Source of the DNA: a virus
Taxonomy: Duplodnaviria > Caudoviricetes
DNA length: 44,824 nt
IMG/VR virus record: IMGVR_UViG_3300033067_001991
Span: 1 to 44,824 of that record
Strand: one strand, 5' to 3'
This document shows, in pieces, positions 25,188 through 31,876 of this stretch. Made by a program: the position numbers and the translations under genes. Below the pieces are notes generated by a model. It was given only the letters and a program-made list of their open reading frames with translations, ran no database searches and was not told the DNA's origin. Within the stretch, counting starts at the first letter, position 1. Every line of letters starts with the position of its first letter.

Positions 25188-27722
25188 ATGTTCGAGCAAC
25201 AAGATCAACTAAGCGCGTTTATACAAAGTCACGGCTACAAAATTAATGAACCCATCGAATTCGACGGCACCTGGCATGAAGTGAAATGTTCACAAACTGC
25301 TACGAAACTTCGCTACATTGCGATTAAAAATAACAAAGGAAACTATCGATTCACTTTTGGGGCATTTAGTTGGGGTGATCGCTTTGAAACTTGGCACTCA
25401 CATAAAGACGTTCAATTAAAAACGCCGGAAGAAAAACATCAGGCAAAACAGGAAAAACTTTCTAAAGAAAATTCTTTATCTAAGACCGCTGAATTAATTT
25501 TTGGGGAGGAGTGTCGGGAGGAAGTCACGGGGGCTACTTATCTTAGCCGCAAGTGGCCTCTCGGCACTCTGCCGCTTCCCACTTTCAGACATAATTGGAA
25601 AAAAGACATTAATCACTCTTTTATGCTCATGGTTCCCATGCACGACATTGGTGGTAAAATTTGGAACGTGCAATCCATTCAAGCTGATGGATCGAAAAGA
25701 AACCTTGGCGGGAAAAAATCAGGATTATTTTTAGATGTATTTGCAAAACCAGAGATTGATCTTCACACGGTTTATATTTGTGAAGGATTAGCTACCGCTA
25801 TGACTGTAAGTGTGGCGATGAGTGGCTGGGCGATTTGTGCTTTTGGTATTGATAACATTCCAAATATTTTAGAGCTATTTAAAAAGCGCGAAGATAAAGT
25901 GCGCGTCATTGTAGTTGTTGATAATGACTGGGAGAAACCTGAGAACGCCGGCGAGTTGATGTGGGAGAAGATTAATAAAAAATATCAAGGCGTCTCGGTT
26001 GCTATGCCGTCAATCACACTTCTTACTTCGGGATCAGACTATAATGATGTGTTGATGAGTGGTGCCTATGACACTCCGGAGGAAGCATTGAGCGAAATTA
26101 AAAAAGATATTGAAAAGCAAATCGGGCCGGAACCACTAAATGAAAAAGAAATTGATGAAATTCTCACCGAGGCGACTGAGAAACTTGAAAAACCAGATTA
26201 CACCGGAGAAATTCCACTACACGATCCAATGCACACGCCAAAAATTCAAACCAAGCATGATAAAAACGGAATTTTCGTTGGTGACATTGCTTCATTTGAT
26301 TCAGGCTTTCATGTCACTGTGTACAAAGGCCAAACTCCAATTAAAGTTCCCGATTATTCAGGCCTTCGACTTTATTTTGAACGCATCCATAATTATCGAA
26401 TCTTGGGTGAATCAAAAGAGTGTATGGTTTGGAATGGGACTCATTATGAATACATGCAAGATGTCTACATCGAATCTTTTGCACAAAAGCATTTATTCCC
26501 AACTGCAAAAAACAACATGGTGTCCGAATTTGTAAAGCTAGTTTTGAGAACAAATGTCACTCCCATTTCTTTTTTCACGCAAAAAACGCAGCGTAAAATG
26601 AATTTCAAAAACGGATATTACGACATCGACACTCAAAAATTAGAGCCCGCAAATAAAGAAATCGGTTTTCGGTATGTTCTCCCCTATAATTTCGATCCAA
26701 ACGCCACCGCCCCACAATTCGAAGCCTTCATGAAGCGTATCACTGTAGGCGATGCCCCATTAGCGAATTTAATTCTCGAGTACTGCGGCTACGCCATCAG
26801 CGGTGATTCTTGCTGGGCGCAGAAATGTATGATTCTCACCGGCGAAGGATCAAATGGAAAATCAACTTTTGTAAATACAATCCGTGCTGTATTTGGAGAG
26901 TTAAATACGGCGGCCGTCAGCGCAAATAAATTCTCTGATGGAAATGCTCTTGCATTAATGGATGGAAAATTAATTAATATCGCCGAAGAATCTCCGAAAA
27001 AAGCATTTAATGATTCTGATGTTTTCAAAAATCTTGTCACCGGCGGGATCGTTGCTGCAAAAAAGCTTTATAAAAATCTTTACGAAGTACGAATGACCAC
27101 AAAACTACTCATGCTCTGTAATAATATTCCCTCATCGTATGATTCAAGCCATGGGTTTTATCGAAGGCTCATCATCGTTCCTTTTAATGCAACCTTCACA
27201 GACACAGATAAAGATTTTGACCCGTTCATCGAGCAAAAATTACTTACGGAACTTCCAGGCATTGCTAATTTGGTTCTTCGTGCCTATGTCGCTTTGAAAG
27301 CTAGAGGGCGCTTTGATATTCCAGACTCATCAAAGAACGCGCTTAATCAGTACAAACTTGAAGGTGATCCTGTGGCGCTTTGGAAAGAAACCGCTTTGGA
27401 AGTACACCCACTTGGAAACGGACATGATAAAGATTTTGTTACCAACCCCACCATGTATAAACTCTACTCGGAATACTGCCAGACCAACGGCTACAAATCG
27501 ACAAACCCAAATAACTTCGGAAAACAGCTCAAAAGGCTCATTCCGGACTACGAAATTCGACAGTTTTTTCACACCACAACGGACTCAAAAGATCGCGCTT
27601 TACGCGCAGTGACACGCCCAAATGGTAAGCACTACGCAAGGCTCGGAAATTCTGATTCTCTTGTTCCGAAAAATTCTCTCGTTCCGGAAAATCGGCTCGA
27701 ATCACATGATGGAACTTTTTGA
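25188..27722 (+). CDS. Primase-helicase (TOPRIM primase + D5/P4-type SF3 helicase)
   Basis: ICEGLATA, VVDND and SDYND TOPRIM motifs; GEGSNGKST Walker A, IAEE, LCNNIP and RRLIIVPF. Confidence 0.92.
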   Translation: MFEQQDQLSAFIQSHGYKINEPIEFDGTWHEVKCSQTATKLRYIAIKNNKGNYRFTFGAFSWGDRFETWHSHKDVQLKTPEEKHQAKQEKLSKENSLSKTAELIFGEECREEVTGATYLSRKWPLGTLPLPTFRHNWKKDINHSFMLMVPMHDIGGKIWNVQSIQADGSKRNLGGKKSGLFLDVFAKPEIDLHTVYICEGLATAMTVSVAMSGWAICAFGIDNIPNILELFKKREDKVRVIVVVDNDWEKPENAGELMWEKINKKYQGVSVAMPSITLLTSGSDYNDVLMSGAYDTPEEALSEIKKDIEKQIGPEPLNEKEIDEILTEATEKLEKPDYTGEIPLHDPMHTPKIQTKHDKNGIFVGDIASFDSGFHVTVYKGQTPIKVPDYSGLRLYFERIHNYRILGESKECMVWNGTHYEYMQDVYIESFAQKHLFPTAKNNMVSEFVKLVLRTNVTPISFFTQKTQRKMNFKNGYYDIDTQKLEPANKEIGFRYVLPYNFDPNATAPQFEAFMKRITVGDAPLANLILEYCGYAISGDSCWAQKCMILTGEGSNGKSTFVNTIRAVFGELNTAAVSANKFSDGNALALMDGKLINIAEESPKKAFNDSDVFKNLVTGGIVAAKKLYKNLYEVRMTTKLLMLCNNIPSSYDSSHGFYRRLIIVPFNATFTDTDKDFDPFIEQKLLTELPGIANLVLRAYVALKARGRFDIPDSSKNALNQYKLEGDPVALWKETALEVHPLGNGHDKDFVTNPTMYKLYSEYCQTNGYKSTNPNNFGKQLKRLIPDYEIRQFFHTTTDSKDRALRAVTRPNGKHYARLGNSDSLVPKNSLVPENRLESHDGTF

Positions 27723-27993
27723 CGGAATGATGTTGGAGATGGGAAACTTTGAAACTTTGTCGCTTGGAACAAGAGAATAGGGGTTTTACCACAAGAGATC
27801 ACAAGGTCTTGTTCTTTATTAAGTGCTTGATTTTACTTAATATGATGGAGTACAGAACAAGAGAACAATAACTTTTATATAAATATTATAATATTATAGT
27901 ATATGTATAGAATGTGTGTGTGGAATGTGAGAATGTACGCTCCAGATTCTATAAAACTTTTGCCAAATCTCTTGTTCTCTGTTCTCTTGTTCT
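27655..27993. repeat. Putative replication origin: GAACAAGAGAA iterons in both orientations around an AT-rich tract, with an IHF site
   Basis: Forward copies at 27767 and 27855; reverse copies at 27656, 27674 (1 mismatch), 27967 (1 mismatch) and 27982; AT-rich tract ~27868-27910; TAAGTGCTTGATT at 27820-27832. Confidence 0.65.
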
Positions 27994-28041
27994 TTTGATA
28001 AAAGTTTTCCACATTTTCGTGGTGCGTTAAAGGAGGTAAAA

Positions 28042-28281
28042 ATGAATGAAAAAATTAATGCTTGGATAGGAAAAAATCTTTCCAAATGTAAGACCATTCG
28101 ACCGTCGCGGTCTAGCTATAAATATAAGCATATTTGTGAGCGGGAAATTAACGAGTATGTCTCCAACGAGGAATTTATTGCGGCGATGGAAGGTCTAGGG
28201 TTTGAGGCTAAACCATGCTTCTTGGGAAGTAAGAATAGATTTTTCAATGCGGTCTATTTAAACGCTAAAGTTTCTGAATAA
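28042..28281 (+). CDS. Small origin-associated protein (probable winged-helix)
   Basis: SSYKYKHICEREINEYVSNEEFIAAMEGLGF motif; AAGGAGGT RBS. Confidence 0.65.
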   Translation: MNEKINAWIGKNLSKCKTIRPSRSSYKYKHICEREINEYVSNEEFIAAMEGLGFEAKPCFLGSKNRFFNAVYLNAKVSE

Positions 28282-28375
28282 GTCATCCGATAAAGAGTCG
28301 TCCTTTTCTGACGTCCCAGTTCCTCCTTACTCACGAGTGGGGTGCTTCACGGGTTCACACCGCCTCGCTCGTTTC

Positions 28376-28678
28376 CTACTTCGTAAAACATTTCGTTCGC
28401 TGATTCCAACTATCCCAATCCGAACTCGGTGATCGTTTGAAAGCTTTATAGCAAACTTTGGCGTGCTTCATAGCGACCACTCGAATCATCATTTGAGCCC
28501 GACAAGTTCCAAGTTCAAGTGGATCTTTATTGAGTCCACAAACTCCGTACCCTTCCCAAGCCATTGCCTCGGTCTCGTTGATAAAATTTTCGACTCTCGC
28601 GTCGGCTCGCGCATACGCGGGGTTGTGCGTGATCGCGTGCGCGTGCGTAATTAGAATTGCGATAAGTAAATGCTTCAT
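28376..28678 (-). CDS. Putative secreted Cys-containing protein
   Basis: MKHLLIAILITHAHA signal peptide (AxA), 4 Cys; abuts the recombinase stop. Confidence 0.6.
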   Translation of the reverse strand: MKHLLIAILITHAHAITHNPAYARADARVENFINETEAMAWEGYGVCGLNKDPLELGTCRAQMMIRVVAMKHAKVCYKAFKRSPSSDWDSWNQRTKCFTK

Positions 28679-29182
28679 TTAAACCCCCACGGCGTTTTTC
28701 AGCTCGTTGTCTGAGAATTCTTTTTCCAAGTACACTGACGTTGACGCTAGACTTTTATGGCCTAATAGCTTCTGAACCATGCGAAGGTCTTTAGTCCGAT
28801 CATAAACGCTCATTGCAAAGGTATGACGTAGACCGTGTATGGTGTTCGGCGTGGCTCGCCATTCATTCCAGATCTGATAAAAGCGCTGATATGATATTTT
28901 GAATATGCGATCGTCGTCGCGGTCTTGTTCAGTCCGTAAAGCTAGCAACTCGGCGTAAAGCGCTTCACTGATAAACACTTCACGGTTTTTGCCACGCTTT
29001 AAGGTTTTAAATTTCACTTTACATGGTGAAAGGGTTTTCCACGTTAAATTCAAAAGCTCGGTTGCACGCGGTCCCGCTGTTAGTGTTAAAAGAATCATAC
29101 AAGCATTTCGGCGGTCCGTTGTGATTCGATTCCAACAAAACAATTCCAAAGCTTTTTTCGATTCGTCATTTAAGTATTTCAT
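28679..29182 (-). CDS. Tyrosine recombinase, catalytic domain only (167 aa)
   Basis: Full catalytic set: GPRATEL (R), TLKRG (K), HGLRHTF (HxxR), LGHKS (H), SVYL (Y). Confidence 0.9.
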   Translation of the reverse strand: MKYLNDESKKALELFCWNRITTDRRNACMILLTLTAGPRATELLNLTWKTLSPCKVKFKTLKRGKNREVFISEALYAELLALRTEQDRDDDRIFKISYQRFYQIWNEWRATPNTIHGLRHTFAMSVYDRTKDLRMVQKLLGHKSLASTSVYLEKEFSDNELKNAVGV

Positions 29183-29415
29183 TTGAATGACTCCACTATT
29201 TTAAAGAGCTCGTCGCGGTGTTCTCTTGATGTCATTTTCTCGGTGTCCGCATAACGTTCGATGTTCGGATTTCGCATGTCTTTATTTGGGACAAAATCAA
29301 TGAACTTAGCTTCCCAAAGGGCCACGGCGAATTCCTCAAGGCGATCAATCGGAATAGCTTTAGGTTTTAAGAATTTATGGTGTAAAGTATCAAGTCTGTA
29401 TGATCTGCTAAACAT
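29179..29415 (-). CDS. Hypothetical protein
   Basis: GAGGAG RBS; ATGA overlap with the recombinase. Confidence 0.6.
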   Translation of the reverse strand: MFSRSYRLDTLHHKFLKPKAIPIDRLEEFAVALWEAKFIDFVPNKDMRNPNIERYADTEKMTSREHRDELFKIVESFK

Positions 29416-29584
29416 TTTCTTTCTCCTCTTTCTCTAAGATTTCCGTGATTTTCACATGTGGATATAATGATATGAATTTTACTTTAGCGTTCTCGCGTGT
29501 ATCGGCTTTTATTTCTACAGTTTGAGGGCGATACATTTTAGCTCCTGGAATTGGATATAAAAAAGCGAATAAGAATGTTTTCAT
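29408..29584 (-). CDS. 58-aa hypothetical protein (MKTFLFAFLYPIPGAK...; not in the track)
   Basis: Fills the gap between the 29586 and 29415 ORFs; open from ATG 29584 to TAG 29408. Confidence 0.55.
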   Translation of the reverse strand: MKTFLFAFLYPIPGAKMYRPQTVEIKADTRENAKVKFISLYPHVKITEILEKEEKENV

Positions 29585-29585
29585 T

Positions 29586-30092
29586 TTACCACCCCTTAGC
29601 CTTCATGATTTTAGAAACCAGAAACTTACCGCAATATGCTGCAACGCTGTTTCCATTCTCGGTATGGTAGTTTCGATCTTCGTTTCGACCATATTCTTTT
29701 TGAAATTCACTTGAGGCTGTATCAGCAAATAAGGCATAGCGATCATCTAGATGTGCCATGTGGTCATTGATCTCAGAATCAGATGTAAGTCTCCAAACGT
29801 ATTTCTTACAATTGTGAAAAACAGTATAAGTTCTTAACTCTATGTGGTTGACTGCTTCGATGTTCTCAAATTTTGAATCCAACATGATTGAATTGTGAAT
29901 GTAGTTAGCGGCTGACATGATATACTTCTTAGTTGTAAGAGATCCGTCGAAATTACATGGAGTATAGTAGAAATCATTTGATCGGCGTTGGTCCATTGTC
30001 TTCTTACCGATAACTAAAACATAGCTTCCAGCGCATAGTCTTAAGACATCGCCGACTTGTGCAAATTGTATTGTAAAATAAGATTTGTTCAT
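29586..30092 (-). CDS. Hypothetical protein, first gene of the recombinase operon
   Basis: AAGGAG RBS before ATG 30092. Confidence 0.65.
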   Translation of the reverse strand: MNKSYFTIQFAQVGDVLRLCAGSYVLVIGKKTMDQRRSNDFYYTPCNFDGSLTTKKYIMSAANYIHNSIMLDSKFENIEAVNHIELRTYTVFHNCKKYVWRLTSDSEINDHMAHLDDRYALFADTASSEFQKEYGRNEDRNYHTENGNSVAAYCGKFLVSKIMKAKGW

Positions 30093-30147
30093 TTGGTTGC
30101 TCCTTGGCAAATTCGTCCGCGTGATTGCGTTCGATACATATAACTAA

Positions 30148-30164
30148 TGCACTCGATGTGCCAA
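30148..30164 (-). promoter_or_regulatory. sigma54 (RpoN) -24/-12 promoter
   Basis: The - strand reads TTGGCACATCGAGTGCA (GG-N10-GC), close to YTGGCACGNNNNTTGCW; predicted +1 near 30137, upstream of the RBS. Confidence 0.65.
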
Positions 30165-30244
30165 TGTCTAACATGTTGAATTCATTTACTCGAGACACTT
30201 GGTGATGCGTCGAACTTCTATTCACGTTTAGGGTTAATGTTTTG

Positions 30245-30257
30245 TAAGCGTTTGATA
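30245..30257. promoter_or_regulatory. IHF consensus site (second, 1-mismatch site at 30169-30181)
   Basis: TAAGCGTTTGATA matches YAANNNNTTGATW; TAACATGTTGAAT lies next to the -24 box. Confidence 0.5.
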
Positions 30258-30647
30258 TACTACACTAATTCAGTTTATGTCAAACAATAAGTCAATGACT
30301 AAACTATAACAGTGTAGTTATCTTATATAAAGACATGCGGCCCGCATCGGAACGAAAAATCCTCTGGAGTATTTCGGGTCGAGAGGCTCCACGCTTATAC
30401 GCAACCTAGCGACCCCGCGACGTCGCGGCGGGCGCTCGCGCTAGAGACTTTGATAAAGTATCTAGTATTAAGTAATTGGAATGACTCAACCTTATAATAG
30501 ACTAATAGATCGTTGACCAATTGATCTGATTAAAACGTATATAAAGTTCTAGAATTTTTGAGAGGGGCACCCCACCCTCTCTTGTCGTATATGATACATG
30601 CTCCTCCATTCGCCAAAATAAAAATTTTATAAAATTTAATTTTTTAG

Positions 30648-30676
30648 TTGAAGCGCCATAGGCGCCAAGCTACTCT
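30648..30676 (+). promoter_or_regulatory. sigma70 promoter with UP element heading the late arm
   Basis: TTGAAG-N17-TACTCT preceded by an A/T-only tract (~30615-30646). Confidence 0.6.
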
Positions 30677-30682
30677 CCAAAT

Positions 30683-30895
30683 TGTAATCTGATTCAGCCT
30701 GGTAGCTCGTCGCCACCGGAGCGGAATGAAGGTGAAAAGCTGATATACAAAACCTTCTGTGATCTGGCCACATACTGTGTCGAGGCCGCTCCGACCAAAG
30801 CCAGCACTCGGCGGCACTTTTATTTGAATGGATGCGAGATCGGGAACTATAGTAGGCCGGTCGCTAGGTACGCCTGAACAACGTGCCCGCCTCCC
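30683..30895 (+). ncRNA. Putative structured non-coding RNA / leader with two domains
   Basis: Multiple GC-rich helices found by eye (30709-14/30810-15, 30717-24/30786-93, 30728-33/30752-57; 30830-36/30888-94, 30838-43/30857-62, 30867-72/30882-87) in an ORF-free region after a promoter. Confidence 0.55.
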
Positions 30896-30905
30896 TTGAG
30901 GTAAA

Positions 30906-31232
30906 GTGATCTACGAAAAAGAAGACAATCTTTTCTTAACCTACAAAGGGACGAAATATCGGGTCACCGAACGCCATGAATACGGCCGCCCCAAAACGGA
31001 TTGGAACAATTACGATATCGTTTACGTTTTGGAGAACGGTCAAAGAATAGTGTCGTCGCATTGGACCTATGGCTTAGTGGATCCGATCACCCATCAGTGG
31101 TTATTGAGGGCGTATATGCCTGTGCGACTCATCCGCCAAGCGATGAAGGATAGCGAGTATTTCTGGAAGTCGATTCCAAAGGACGAGTTCTATTGGGGCG
31201 GCATGATTCCGGTGCCTTTTACCAAACCCTAG
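30906..31232 (+). CDS. Hypothetical aromatic-rich protein
   Basis: GAGGT RBS, GTG start; first ORF of the late arm. Confidence 0.55.
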   Translation: MIYEKEDNLFLTYKGTKYRVTERHEYGRPKTDWNNYDIVYVLENGQRIVSSHWTYGLVDPITHQWLLRAYMPVRLIRQAMKDSEYFWKSIPKDEFYWGGMIPVPFTKP

Positions 31233-31282
31233 ACCCAGCCCCACGTTGACAAAGTTACGAGGCTGCGGGTCTAATAAAGGTT

Positions 31283-31876
31283 ATGCAGATTGAGAAATAC
31301 CAGGACGTCGTCAACCTACGTCAGAATGCTTTAAATTTAGTGCACCCAAAAATCAAAGATGTGTGGGAATCACTTCCAGAGAACATTAGGTCTATGGACG
31401 AGCTCACGCTGATGGAACAGTTCGACCCTAATCCGAGTGATTACTGGGTTCGTAAGCGACTTTGGGAGCTCGTCGATCTCGGCGAGAAAATAGATACGGT
31501 CCTTATTATTGGCGACAAAATTTCACGCCAAGCATTTCACGAAAGGCTTCTAAAAAATCCGTATCGGGTAGCCTGGATGATGTTACCAACTTTGACGTAT
31601 CAGGAATCATTTGAGGAGTTATTTAAGACCCTCCACTATCGGTTGATGAATTACGTCTCGACCACGCCGATCACGGCAAAAAATGTCGCGGCGATCACGT
31701 CACTTTACGAAAGTCTTGCAAATCGTGTGGTGGGTCCGGTTGCGAAAAATATCAATATGAGGGCGCATGTTCACTCGACCTCTGACCAGCCAACGAAAAA
31801 ATCGCCGGCTGAACTTGAACATGAATTGAAGCAGCTTAAATCGGCGACCCCAATCATTGACGTGGATCCGACGTGA
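31283..31876 (+). CDS. Putative terminase small subunit
   Basis: Helical 197-aa protein with GTGA overlap into the large terminase; assignment is positional. Confidence 0.5.
   Translation: MQIEKYQDVVNLRQNALNLVHPKIKDVWESLPENIRSMDELTLMEQFDPNPSDYWVRKRLWELVDLGEKIDTVLIIGDKISRQAFHERLLKNPYRVAWMMLPTLTYQESFEELFKTLHYRLMNYVSTTPITAKNVAAITSLYESLANRVVGPVAKNINMRAHVHSTSDQPTKKSPAELEHELKQLKSATPIIDVDPT

Noticed and set aside
27655-27993. CRISPR array
   Set aside because: Repeats are 11 bp, irregularly spaced and in both orientations, with no cas genes; they fit origin iterons.
28282-28375. Possible ribozyme or attP in the gap between convergent genes
   Set aside because: Only short hairpins were seen; there is no HDV or hammerhead core and no tRNA-like att core. 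It cannot be supported without a host genome.
30406-30444. Protelomerase (telRL) site with the recombinase as protelomerase
   Set aside because: The perfect palindrome is only 14 bp, and the 167-aa enzyme is far smaller than protelomerases and has the standard HxxR motif.
30728-30757. Hammerhead ribozyme (GAAA and CTGAT nearby)
   Set aside because: The core would need CUGANGA; the sequence is CUGAUAU, and both motifs lie in one loop.
30830-30895. Canonical tRNA gene
   Set aside because: Only three helices, no TTCRA T-loop, no 7-nt anticodon loop and no CCA. Kept only as a tRNA-like element.
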